Origin: Bacteroidales bacterium
Lineage (GTDB): Bacteria > Bacteroidota > Bacteroidia > Bacteroidales > WCHB1-69
DNA: 64,000 bases
Assembly (NCBI GenBank): GCA_017525245.1
Contig: JAFXTE010000035.1
Location: 2,497 to 66,496 of the forward strand
Direction of reading: 5' to 3'
How positions within the stretch are numbered: the stretch's first letter is position 1; every line of letters starts with the position of its first letter. The position numbers and the translations under genes are program-made. Below are positions 17,927-26,537 of the stretch, piece by piece. The notes beneath the pieces were generated by a model. It was given only the letters and a program-made list of their open reading frames with translations. It was not told the DNA's origin and searched no databases.

Positions 17927-18011
17927 TTATATTTTAAACTGCAAAAAAGCATACGATTTTTATATTTTAAACTGCAAAAATCTCAACTATTTTTATAGTT
18001 CAAACTGCAAA
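17927..18011 (+). repeat. Three direct repeats TTTATA(T/G)TT(T/C)AAACTGCAAA with about 31-nt period
   Basis: Copies at about 17927-17948, 17957-17980 and 17990-18011, upstream of the ATPase start. They share a TAAAATAT core (minus strand) with the 16594-16676 repeats. Confidence 0.75.
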
Positions 18012-18170
18012 TTCATAACATCCCGCCGCTTCCGCCCATTAATTCTGTGCAATCCGCCAAGCAACACTTTGCTAAACATTTGATAATCATAATTATATAT
18101 TGTATATTTTTGACCCTTGATAAAAATGGGAGAAGAAAGCGCCATCACATGAAGCAGAGAGCCCATTAAA

Positions 18171-18185
18171 ATGGGTCAAAATGGG
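18171..18185 (-). repeat. 16-mer junction motif, copy 4 (inverted)
   Basis: atgggtcaaaatggg is the reverse complement of cccattttgacccat. The adjacent sequence cccattaaaatggg is palindromic. Confidence 0.8.
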
Positions 18186-18249
18186 TTATGGCGGTTTGGT
18201 GGGAAAGTTTTTATTTTGCGGCTGGAAAGTTATATATATAATAAATGTA

Positions 18250-18906
18250 ATGAATATCGGTGTCGTTTTTAATCAGTTTTGCAATCTTCTACAGAATCGC
18301 ACAGGAATCATGACGGAAGACAACATCCGTTATTATTGGTTTGTTTCGATGCTGAATCAAGACCCCATTCTGAATAATTATACATTAGAACAACCGTATT
18401 CGGATAACCCAATTCAAGTTAAAATTTTGCCAAACGAAGAATTGGATTTGCTGTATGGATCATCTGCTGAAATTTTCTGTTTTGAAATAAAGCTCCATAA
18501 GGAACCAAAACAAACCACCTTGGCAGAGACATCAGCAGCAGGCGACATTTTCAATGACATACAACGATTACAACAAATCCCCCAATCAGTAAAAGGAGTG
18601 GCAACACGTCATTTTTTTCTATATGTTACGGATGATATAATGCACAACTACTTCATTTCTAAGGGACAACAAAATCCGTTTTTCGGTCAACAGTTAAACG
18701 ATTTCTATAACGCTCGAATTAACAATCCCATAAATCTAAATTTCGCAAGTGCGCCTAAATCATTCTTAAACAGTGCCAACAATTCTTTCAAGAACAATCC
18801 AAATCCCATTACACTGTTCAATTTGAGATTACTTCATTATAGAGACTTTTCTCTTGGCTGTTCATCTTTTAATGGGAAATGCCATGTGCGATTATATGAA
18901 ATTTAA
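18250..18906 (+). CDS. Hypothetical protein, distant PD-(D/E)xK-like paralogue P1
   Basis: Track ORF trimmed to the ATG at 18250. ELDLL...EIFCFEIKLHK (D..ExK pattern), then DIFNDIQRL and FFLYVTDD blocks. These are collinear with the proteins at 25748 and 28214. Confidence 0.55.
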   Translation: MNIGVVFNQFCNLLQNRTGIMTEDNIRYYWFVSMLNQDPILNNYTLEQPYSDNPIQVKILPNEELDLLYGSSAEIFCFEIKLHKEPKQTTLAETSAAGDIFNDIQRLQQIPQSVKGVATRHFFLYVTDDIMHNYFISKGQQNPFFGQQLNDFYNARINNPINLNFASAPKSFLNSANNSFKNNPNPITLFNLRLLHYRDFSLGCSSFNGKCHVRLYEI

Positions 18907-18926
18907 TAACATAAAATGATTAAAAT

Positions 18927-19778
18927 ATGAAAAACTTAAGTTACATTTTATTGACATTGTCGTTGTTGTTGACCTTTACGAGCTGCAACCAAAAGGAGAA
19001 AAAAATAGCGAAAATTATTGACAGGATTACCGAGAAACAAATGGCTGATATCAATGAAATTATTGCAGCCACCTTCGACCTTAATGCCGATAGTGTTGAT
19101 TTTGGATACGGGATTCGCCAAGACACACTATATTTCATAGATTACAATAAATTTTCACTTGAAGATCGTGATATAGACGTGCAAAAAAAATTCTTGTTAG
19201 CAGCATTATGTAGTGAATCACCCGACACAAAAGAACTATTTGCACAAATTGCCGATGTCCCAGCCGTATTACAGTTCATATATGTTGACACCATAGGGCA
19301 TACAATTTATCTTCCGATTGATATAAATAGTTCTGAACTAAAAGAATCCCTTTCAAAAGAATACACGCCACAAGACGTGCTTAATTTATACATAGATTTG
19401 ACAAATGACACGAAAGATAGTGTAACTTGTTCAATTGAAGATAACTATTTTGTGATTAGTGTTTTTGATGAACATACAGATGTGCGTTTGCTGGTTGATT
19501 CAATTAAAACAGCCACCTTAAATGAAGATGAAGATTTATTCGATTTTTTTAATTGGGATAAAATTGAAGACAAAATGTCTGAAGGTTTTCAAAAGGAGAC
19601 GAAGGAGTTAGGTGCAGAAATCTTAATCAATATTTATAAACACCAACCGTATCTATTTAGAGAATTAGTAAAAGCAAATCTCGGATTTGAGTTTAGATTG
19701 TTGGATGATGTAACAGGAAATGGGTTCTTCTGGAAATGTAAAAACAGTGATTTAAAGGAAATTGGGAACAATAAATGA
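18927..19778 (+). CDS. Hypothetical lipoprotein
   Basis: Lipobox LLLTFTSC. 283 aa. 20-nt gap to the upstream gene. Confidence 0.6.
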   Translation: MKNLSYILLTLSLLLTFTSCNQKEKKIAKIIDRITEKQMADINEIIAATFDLNADSVDFGYGIRQDTLYFIDYNKFSLEDRDIDVQKKFLLAALCSESPDTKELFAQIADVPAVLQFIYVDTIGHTIYLPIDINSSELKESLSKEYTPQDVLNLYIDLTNDTKDSVTCSIEDNYFVISVFDEHTDVRLLVDSIKTATLNEDEDLFDFFNWDKIEDKMSEGFQKETKELGAEILINIYKHQPYLFRELVKANLGFEFRLLDDVTGNGFFWKCKNSDLKEIGNNK

Positions 19779-19933
19779 TAAAAGTTGTTATGGGTATACA
19801 AGTATATCATGGTGCAACCAATTTGTTCAGCAACATTCTACTTACCATTGATGGAAGACCGACCATTGAGAAACTTGTATCGGAATATTGTGCCTTCAAA
19901 GCTATTAAGACAGTCTTATAAAATGAGAATATT

Positions 19934-21064
19934 ATGAACACTAACTCCACTGATCCAAATGTGAAATACTCGGCAATACGGGTATATAGCAACACGCAAA
20001 ACAGAATGGCACTCGGCATTCTGCACGCGTACCTGAAAATGTTTCCGCAAACCACGTTGAAAGACTTGTGCAAAGCGTTTCCTGAAAAGTTGAACCCAGA
20101 TTCCGGCATGAAACAACTGTTCATCCCCATAGAAAAGATGGTGGATGAGCCGAAATGGCAAGACTATTTCAGGGAAGACGAAGAACTGCTCTGTATGAGT
20201 GACGGTTCAAAAGTAGCTGTCGCCTCCCGGTGGTCTAGTGCAAGTCTGGAACGTTTGTCCGACCACGCCAAACAATTCGGGATTGAGCTGGCAAATTTCG
20301 AATTCGGTGAAAAGTATGACAAGTGCGGCTTCCGTCTTGAATGTGTGGCTGAAGGAAAAAAAGTTGAACCTCAAGAGAAAAAGCAAGAGGAGGCAAAAGC
20401 CCAAGTCCAGACCCCGGTTCCTCCAATTCCTCCGAAGGAACAAACATCGTCAGATAAGGACAAATCAAGTAATAATAAGAAAAAAGAGACGAAAATGGAA
20501 AAGAGCAACGAAAAAGATGATGAAACCAAGACACATATCCCGTGGTGGATGTGGCTGCTGTTGCTACTAATGGCAGGCGCGGCTGTAGGCGCTTTCTTCT
20601 TGGGCCGCCACACCAAAGAGGCCGAAATCCAAGTACAAGAGGTGGAAGTCGAAGTCCCCTACGAAGTGGAGGTAGAAAAAGAGGTGCTGATCCACGACAC
20701 TGTCACGGTAACGGTTTTCAAGGAAAAGATTGAGGAAATCGAGAAGAACTTCAATGCCGCCAAGTTCAAATCCGGCAAGGCCGATCTTAACGATGACGCG
20801 AAATTTGTGTTGCACGACTTGGTGAAGATTCTGGAGAAACAGCCGGATGTCAGATTGAAGATTGTGGGCCACACTTCCGAAGAGGGCAGTCCTTCATTCA
20901 ACCAGAAGCTTTCCGAGAAGCGGGCCAAGGCAGTGGTGGACTTCTTGGTCGCCCGCGGCATCAACCCCGACCGCCTGGAATACGAGGGCAAGGGCAGCAG
21001 TGAACCGCTTGAAGCAGGCAACAACGAAGTGAACAGAAGAACACAAATCATTGTATTACAATAA
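19934..21064 (+). CDS. OmpA/MotB-domain protein: novel N-terminal cytoplasmic domain, K/E-rich linker, TM, coiled region, peptidoglycan-binding C-terminal domain
   Basis: C-terminal FKSGKADL...LKIVGHTSEEGSPSFNQKLSEKRAKAVVDFL...NRRTQI OmpA-like motif. TM WWMWLLLLLMAGAAVGAFFLG. Confidence 0.75.
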   Translation: MNTNSTDPNVKYSAIRVYSNTQNRMALGILHAYLKMFPQTTLKDLCKAFPEKLNPDSGMKQLFIPIEKMVDEPKWQDYFREDEELLCMSDGSKVAVASRWSSASLERLSDHAKQFGIELANFEFGEKYDKCGFRLECVAEGKKVEPQEKKQEEAKAQVQTPVPPIPPKEQTSSDKDKSSNNKKKETKMEKSNEKDDETKTHIPWWMWLLLLLMAGAAVGAFFLGRHTKEAEIQVQEVEVEVPYEVEVEKEVLIHDTVTVTVFKEKIEEIEKNFNAAKFKSGKADLNDDAKFVLHDLVKILEKQPDVRLKIVGHTSEEGSPSFNQKLSEKRAKAVVDFLVARGINPDRLEYEGKGSSEPLEAGNNEVNRRTQIIVLQ

Positions 21065-21098
21065 ATCAACAATATTATTCACTTAAAAAAATTATATC

Positions 21099-21371
21099 AT
21101 GGACGAGAAAAAAATTATTGTCATGTCAGAAAGCATCGTAAATGCAATTGTAGACATCAGCATGGGCAGATCCAAGTTTTCCCTCACAAACACTGTCCTC
21201 AAAAAATTATCCAACAATCCCGCTTTGTTTGAGAATGTGAGAAACTGCTATATCGAATATTTGGGAACAATCGAGGACAAAATTGACACTACGATGGAAG
21301 TCAAGCGCTTGTCTGATTTCCGCTATGAGATTGTGGACATTTACGAAAAAGCCGTGGGTGCCCAAGATTAA
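21099..21371 (+). CDS. Hypothetical small protein (90 aa)
   Basis: ORF 34 nt downstream of the OmpA-like gene; no family recognised. Confidence 0.5.
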   Translation: MDEKKIIVMSESIVNAIVDISMGRSKFSLTNTVLKKLSNNPALFENVRNCYIEYLGTIEDKIDTTMEVKRLSDFRYEIVDIYEKAVGAQD

Positions 21372-21438
21372 CATTTTATTTTGGTGAGTCAAGGTTGTCG
21401 CATTGATACCTCGACTCTTTTCATTAATTATAAAGATT

Positions 21439-22029
21439 ATGAGAAAGATCATTTACGTCATAACAGTGTTGGCAATGCTGTTGAATGTTTCGTGCGAGAA
21501 AATCTCGGATATGAAACTGTTTAAGAAAGAGACCTTACAAGATAGGTTTGACAAAAAGATGCCCGAACTCAAGAGCATGTCTGAATTGGGTTGCGTAGAA
21601 TACACGGTTTCCAAAGTTATAATACCAGAAGGGACGAAGGACTCCAAATGGTATGGCACACGCACTATAGCTTATAGTTGCGTTGCTCATATTAAAGCGG
21701 GTATTAATATGAGTAAAATCAGGGCAAACATTGATGAAGAAAAAAAATCAATAGATCTGATATTGCCAAAACCTTCGCTTATTGGAAATCAAATAGATAT
21801 GCCAATGGAAAAAATCAAAGTGATTTACGAAAAATCAACAGGAGTTCGTGCTAAATATACTAATGAAGAACGCCTTGAAATCAAGAAAAAGGGAGAAGCC
21901 AAAATCAAAGAAGAAATACCCAAATTAGGCATATACGAAACAGCTGAAAAAAATGCCGAGGCTTTTTTCAGAACGCTGTTGGTTGAAATGGGATTTAGAG
22001 AGAGTGGAATTAACATTAAATTTGAATAG
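21439..22029 (+). CDS. DUF4230-like membrane-anchored/lipoprotein
   Basis: Start trimmed to MRKIIYVITVLAMLLNVSC. ELGCVEYTV...AHIKAGINM pattern is typical of DUF4230. Confidence 0.65.
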   Translation: MRKIIYVITVLAMLLNVSCEKISDMKLFKKETLQDRFDKKMPELKSMSELGCVEYTVSKVIIPEGTKDSKWYGTRTIAYSCVAHIKAGINMSKIRANIDEEKKSIDLILPKPSLIGNQIDMPMEKIKVIYEKSTGVRAKYTNEERLEIKKKGEAKIKEEIPKLGIYETAEKNAEAFFRTLLVEMGFRESGINIKFE

Positions 22030-22031
22030 TT

Positions 22032-22586
22032 ATGAAAAATTTTATTATAGCGCTTATTGTTGTGGCCGTATTAGGAGGAGCCGGTTTTTATGCTTATAAG
22101 TCTGGCCATTTGGATAAATTCTTCAATGGTTCAATAAAAGATACGCCGACAGTGATTGAGAGTATAAAAAACATCTCCGAACTTACAACTGCCTGCTACT
22201 ACGAAGAAATAATTCAAAGTGAACCAATCAGGAGATCTGATTCTCTTTTTGTGAAAATCGAAGGCTCGGTTAGGGCTGGATTCAAACTTGACAATCTCAC
22301 AAATGATAATATTTCAATAGAGGGAGACTCTTTGATATCAATTATAATACCAGAAGCCCAAATTTTTGATGTCATCGTCAACCCATCGAATGTTACTATT
22401 ATTGAAGGAGAAAAAAACTCTAGTGAAAAAATAATGAACAGAGCTGTTGCTAAAGCTAAGAAACGGGTTGAAAAAGATGCTATTAATGATGGTATTTTGG
22501 AAAAAGCCACGGAGTCTGGCAAAAAACAGTTGACGGAATTGTTCAGAACTCTAGGATTCAAAGAAGTTTATGTGGACTTTGAGTAA
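22032..22586 (+). CDS. DUF4230-like membrane-anchored protein
   Basis: N-terminal TM, then ISELTTACYYEE...GSVRAGFKLD pattern. 2-nt gap to the paralogous upstream gene. Confidence 0.65.
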   Translation: MKNFIIALIVVAVLGGAGFYAYKSGHLDKFFNGSIKDTPTVIESIKNISELTTACYYEEIIQSEPIRRSDSLFVKIEGSVRAGFKLDNLTNDNISIEGDSLISIIIPEAQIFDVIVNPSNVTIIEGEKNSSEKIMNRAVAKAKKRVEKDAINDGILEKATESGKKQLTELFRTLGFKEVYVDFE

Positions 22587-22605
22587 CCAATATTATTGAA
22601 AATAG

Positions 22606-22638
22606 CTGGAAGATACCGAAAATCCAGAATTGAGTAGG
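22606..22638 (+). repeat. 33-nt leader motif, copy A (diverged)
   Basis: ctggaagataccgaaaatccagaattgagtagg, 23 nt before the ATG at 22662. Confidence 0.7.
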
Positions 22639-22661
22639 CTAATTACAAACAAACAGAAGAC

Positions 22662-22862
22662 ATGCATCTTTATAGACTGACACCGAGGATAACTGCAATT
22701 TCAAAATTTCCCCAAGGGTTTATTTTGCAAGTCATTTCCCGCCAAAGACTTTCTCCAACACCCGATGAGGTGAAAGAAGCTTTGATACGTGTCGGTTTCA
22801 CTGATCCTGATGCGTTAAGAATGTTGACCAGCTACTACTGGAACATAGAGAAGATATCGTAA
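22662..22862 (+). CDS. Hypothetical small protein (66 aa), cassette A
   Basis: ORF preceded by the leader motif and followed by a hairpin at 22871-22900. Confidence 0.5.
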   Translation: MHLYRLTPRITAISKFPQGFILQVISRQRLSPTPDEVKEALIRVGFTDPDALRMLTSYYWNIEKIS

Positions 22863-22870
22863 TTTGAACA

Positions 22871-22900
22871 AGCCATACATTCTTTTTTGAGTGTATGGCT
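22871..22900 (+). terminator. Hairpin with T-rich tail closing cassette A
   Basis: agccataca-ttcttttttgag-tgtatggct followed by ttgatttt. Confidence 0.5.
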
Positions 22901-22918
22901 TTGATTTTGTAACACATT

Positions 22919-22951
22919 GCGGAGGAAGCCGAAAATCCGGAAAAGAGTAGG
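22919..22951 (+). repeat. 33-nt leader motif, copy B
   Basis: gcggaggaagccgaaaatccggaaaagagtagg, 20 nt before the ATG at 22972. Confidence 0.85.
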
Positions 22952-22971
22952 CAACTTAAAATCGTATTATC

Positions 22972-23211
22972 ATGAGATATAAACTTTTAGTAACAGGAAA
23001 GGGATTGTCTGCATTGCAGTGGATAGAAAAGCCCGACGGGAGCACTGTCAGAAGTTCCAGTGAAGAATGGAGCTTTGTGGTTGAATCGAACGAATCAAAC
23101 GGTATTTCCGCTGATGATTTCTTGAAGCAGACTGGTTGTAAATGGAGAAGCGGCTTCAGCAGGCCTTCTAAAATCACAAATGCCAACGGTTGGACGGTAA
23201 AACAATTATGA
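22972..23211 (+). CDS. Hypothetical small protein (79 aa), cassette B gene 1
   Basis: ORF after leader motif B; no family recognised. Confidence 0.5.
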   Translation: MRYKLLVTGKGLSALQWIEKPDGSTVRSSSEEWSFVVESNESNGISADDFLKQTGCKWRSGFSRPSKITNANGWTVKQL

Positions 23212-23218
23212 GACTTCA

Positions 23219-23578
23219 ATGAGTACAATCCTCGAAAACACTGGGACGTGTGGCAAGTTGAATGTCCAGCTTTTAGAGTTGTTGAAAAAGCATGGCGGGA
23301 TATTTCGCATTGATGAAGACGAGCAGTTCACAACGTGGGCCGTCACGCTCTTCGACAAAGATGGTGGTGTCCCGCTGTCGTTGTCGTTGGTCGGATCAGT
23401 CGCGGAAATCGCGGTGAAGGACATGGGTTGGGGTTACGAGGTGGTGGAAATCACCCGTTGCGAAGACTTTGCCGAAAGAAACGATGACTACGTTTTTATT
23501 TTGGCCGCCGTCGATGGAAACAAAGTGACGATTGACGGGGTCAAGGCGGTAATACAGCAGTTGAAATCTGCAAGATGA
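23219..23578 (+). CDS. Hypothetical protein (119 aa), cassette B gene 2
   Basis: ORF 7 nt after the preceding stop; no family recognised. Confidence 0.5.
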   Translation: MSTILENTGTCGKLNVQLLELLKKHGGIFRIDEDEQFTTWAVTLFDKDGGVPLSLSLVGSVAEIAVKDMGWGYEVVEITRCEDFAERNDDYVFILAAVDGNKVTIDGVKAVIQQLKSAR

Positions 23579-23597
23579 TGGTAAATTCCCAATTATT

Positions 23598-23918
23598 ATG
23601 ACCGCCCTCCTCTGGCTCCTCCAAAAAATCGCGCCCATCACGAATGTCATCGGGCTGTTCGTTCTGTTGTCGGAACTCGCCTACGGCGACATCGGCATCG
23701 GGACGCACGTGTATGTTCTCGCGGGCGGGCTTGCGCTCGCGGGGTTCGTCCTCGGGTTCACGAACTGGGCGTTGGACGTGCCCCCGAAATTCTTCTGGAC
23801 CAAATCGCGGGTGCAACTCTTCGACAACCGCGTGGGCAACGCCTTCGGTTACGCCGTCATCTTCTTCCTGCTGCCGTTCTTCGTGGCGGGGGTGGCGGTT
23901 GTGGTGGGGAAATGGTGA
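23598..23918 (+). CDS. Small integral membrane protein (106 aa, about 3 TM helices)
   Basis: Hydrophobic ORF. Its 3' about 155 nt recur as partial copies at four downstream sites. Confidence 0.6.
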   Translation: MTALLWLLQKIAPITNVIGLFVLLSELAYGDIGIGTHVYVLAGGLALAGFVLGFTNWALDVPPKFFWTKSRVQLFDNRVGNAFGYAVIFFLLPFFVAGVAVVVGKW

Positions 23919-23922
23919 TGGA
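23764..23922 (+). repeat. Gene-3'-end repeat R1 (the intact, in-gene copy)
   Basis: actgggcgttggacgtgcccccgaaattcttctggaccaaatcgcgggtgcaactcttcgacaaccgcgtgggcaacgcc...ggggaaatggtgatgga. Confidence 0.85.
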
Positions 23923-24032
23923 CCGTTAGTGCCACCATTCTGAAAGCCCCCTGACTATAAAAAACAATAGGGTAAACGCCTTAAATCTCGCTTTATTTTC
24001 GAGATTTGAGGCGTTTACTTCTGATATTTTAT

Positions 24033-24040
24033 TATTTTTG
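24033..24040 (+). promoter_or_regulatory. -7 promoter box TATTTTTG
   Basis: TAnnTTTG match 20 nt upstream of the ATG at 24060. Confidence 0.5.
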
Positions 24041-24059
24041 CAGTCCAAATTATTCATGT

Positions 24060-25508
24060 ATGACAAAGGCAAATATAATCGGAAGAGAAAGAGAATTAGC
24101 TGAATTACAACGTAGTATGGATTCAGACAGGTCTGAATTTGTCATCGTATATGGTCGGCGGCGCGTCGGCAAGACTTTTTTGGTGGACAATTTCTTCCAT
24201 TATCAATACGATTTTTCGTACGTAGGTGGGCATCGACTTACAAAAAACAAGCAGCTACGCAATTTCGCCAAAGCATTGAAAAAGTACGCCAACATGTCCA
24301 AGCAACCCAAATTCGCTGATTGGGACGATGCCTTTGACGCACTGGAGTCTTTTCTTGACACATTGCCGTCAGAAAAACGGAAAGTGGTTTTCTTTGACGA
24401 GATGCCGTGGATTGACACCCCGCATTCGGAATTTGTAGATGCCTTGGAGATGTTTTGGAACGGTTGGGCCTCGCGGCGGAACGATATCGTTTTCGTTGCC
24501 AGCGGATCGTCAACCTCTTGGATGGTGGACAAGCTTGTTGACAATCAAGGTGGATTGCATGGTCGTATCACAAACAACATCTATGTGCGTCCCTTTACGC
24601 TGCACGAAGTGGAGTTGTACTTGCAGAGTCGCGGAGCTGCGTGGGACCGCTATCAGATATTGCAGGCGTACATGACCATCGGGGGGATACCTTTCTATTA
24701 CAGCCTGCTGAATGGGAAAGAGAGCCTCGTTCAAAATATTGACAGACTGTTTTTCCGGAAAAATGGTGAGCTACAAACCGAATTTGAAGAGCTATACACC
24801 GCATTGTTCAGCAATTCCGAGAAATACACTGCCGTTGTGAAACTGCTGAATGGCAAACGAGAAGGGATGACCCGTGAAGAGATCATGTCGGCGACCAAAA
24901 TGGATAGCACCATGCTGACCAAAGTGCTTCGGAATCTCGAACGTTGTGACTTCGTTATCCGATACTCGCAGTTCGGCAACAAAAAAAAGGGGAGCATCTT
25001 TCGGCTGGTGGATTTCTACACTCTTTTTTACTACCGTTTTCTGGAAAAATTCAACTCTCAAGATGAACAGTGGTGGAGTCACAATTTCCAATCCCACGCA
25101 GTTGAATCCTGGCAAGGACTGGCATTTGAACTCCTGTGTCTCATGCACTTGAACCAGATTAAGGCAAAGTTAGGCATTTCGGGTATAGCCACCGAGGCCT
25201 CTTCGTGGAGGTATGTGCCAGGCAAGGGCAAGGCTGCGGAAAATGTGGAGAAAGGTGCACAAATAGACCTGCTGATTGACAGAGCGGACCGCACTATCAA
25301 TCTTTGTGAGATGAAATTCTCGACCACCCCGTTCCGAATCAGCGATGCTTACGAGCAATCGCTACGAGCCCGGATGGAGGTCTTCCGCACCCAAGTCAAA
25401 ACCACAAAATCACTTGTAAATACGTTTGTGACTACGTTCGGTGTTGCCGACGGTGTACACCGAAGCATTGTCCATAGCGAGGTTACTATGGACGACCTGT
25501 TCGCGTAA
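24060..25508 (+). CDS. ATP-binding protein (archaeal-ATPase/DUF234-type AAA)
   Basis: Start trimmed to MTKANIIGRERELAEL. Walker A GRRRVGKT and Walker B VVFFDEMPW. 482 aa. Confidence 0.8.
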   Translation: MTKANIIGRERELAELQRSMDSDRSEFVIVYGRRRVGKTFLVDNFFHYQYDFSYVGGHRLTKNKQLRNFAKALKKYANMSKQPKFADWDDAFDALESFLDTLPSEKRKVVFFDEMPWIDTPHSEFVDALEMFWNGWASRRNDIVFVASGSSTSWMVDKLVDNQGGLHGRITNNIYVRPFTLHEVELYLQSRGAAWDRYQILQAYMTIGGIPFYYSLLNGKESLVQNIDRLFFRKNGELQTEFEELYTALFSNSEKYTAVVKLLNGKREGMTREEIMSATKMDSTMLTKVLRNLERCDFVIRYSQFGNKKKGSIFRLVDFYTLFYYRFLEKFNSQDEQWWSHNFQSHAVESWQGLAFELLCLMHLNQIKAKLGISGIATEASSWRYVPGKGKAAENVEKGAQIDLLIDRADRTINLCEMKFSTTPFRISDAYEQSLRARMEVFRTQVKTTKSLVNTFVTTFGVADGVHRSIVHSEVTMDDLFA

Positions 25509-25509
25509 G

Positions 25510-25539
25510 GCAACTCTTCGACAACCGCGTGGGAAACGC
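25510..25539 (+). repeat. Gene-3'-end repeat R2 (30-nt fragment)
   Basis: gcaactcttcgacaaccgcgtgggaaacgc starts 1 nt after the ATPase stop codon. Confidence 0.75.
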
Positions 25540-25641
25540 ACCACAGAATCCGCGCTGTTATAGAGATGCAAAAATTCACGTTTCTACAGGTAGGGAAACA
25601 ATTTAGTATTCACTTTTTTTGTGCTCCAATCAAAAAAATCC

Positions 25642-25649
25642 TACTTTTG
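25642..25649 (+). promoter_or_regulatory. -7 promoter box TACTTTTG
   Basis: TAnnTTTG match about 40 nt upstream of leader motif copy C. This places the motif inside the 5' UTR. Confidence 0.5.
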
Positions 25650-25689
25650 CACTTTCAAAAGGAATGAGAAATTCTACAACAATACAGTT

Positions 25690-25722
25690 ACGGAGGAAAC
25701 CGAAAATCCGGAATAGAGTAGG
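25690..25722 (+). repeat. 33-nt leader motif, copy C
   Basis: acggaggaaaccgaaaatccggaatagagtagg, 25 nt before the ATG at 25748. Confidence 0.85.
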
Positions 25723-25747
25723 TAAACACAATTAACACCTTACAATT

Positions 25748-26515
25748 ATGCCAAATTTAAGTCGACTTGACAAAAATGCATTATCAAATATCATAAGAGG
25801 ATTTGCGAATAAAATCTTCCAAAGTGAAGCCCAATTCCAATTTGATTTGGCTTGGGAACTACAACAGCAAAGTTGGGGAAATGCCAAACTTGAGGATATG
25901 AGGATGATGGTTAACAAAAGTAATGGAATGATAGGTAAGTGCTATACAGATATTGTGCTGGAACAAGAGGACTATAGTGTTGCTATTGAATTAAAATATA
26001 AGACAGCAGAGTATCATCCAAAGGGAGGTAGTTATCCCATTTTATTCGGTCATGATGCCGTAGATGAGGGCCGCTACGACTATCTATGGGATGTCCATCG
26101 AATTGAATTGCTTACAGGAAAAGGCAACAAGACAGAGATGAATGGCGTAGTGAAAGTGCTAAAAGGATGCAACAAAGGATTTGCTGTGCTTTTGACAAAC
26201 GAGAAACAATATTGGGATAAAAAGTACATAATACCGGGAAAAGCTTCTCAATCTATTGATAATCAGTTTCGCATAGGGTGCATCAAAGGGAAGTGTGGAA
26301 ATTTGTTCGGTAAAGATTTGGATTGGAAACGCGATGCCGTTAAATATCCTAATAACTATAATAATTATCCCGCAACTGTTTTGACAAAAACAAATAAACC
26401 AAAATTTCGTGCACAGCCAATTCATTTAGACCAAGCCTATAAATATAAGTGGGAGGATTATCATAATACACAACAACCGAACGGCGATTTTAAATTCGTA
26501 ATTATAGAAGTGTAG
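25748..26515 (+). CDS. PD-(D/E)xK-like protein, paralogue P2
   Basis: YTDIVLEQEDYSVAIELKYK (D..ExK), GRYDYLWDVHRIELL and GFAVLLTNE blocks, matched block-for-block in the 28214 protein. Confidence 0.65.
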   Translation: MPNLSRLDKNALSNIIRGFANKIFQSEAQFQFDLAWELQQQSWGNAKLEDMRMMVNKSNGMIGKCYTDIVLEQEDYSVAIELKYKTAEYHPKGGSYPILFGHDAVDEGRYDYLWDVHRIELLTGKGNKTEMNGVVKVLKGCNKGFAVLLTNEKQYWDKKYIIPGKASQSIDNQFRIGCIKGKCGNLFGKDLDWKRDAVKYPNNYNNYPATVLTKTNKPKFRAQPIHLDQAYKYKWEDYHNTQQPNGDFKFVIIEV

Positions 26516-26537
26516 CATAGAAAATTATCAAACAAAT

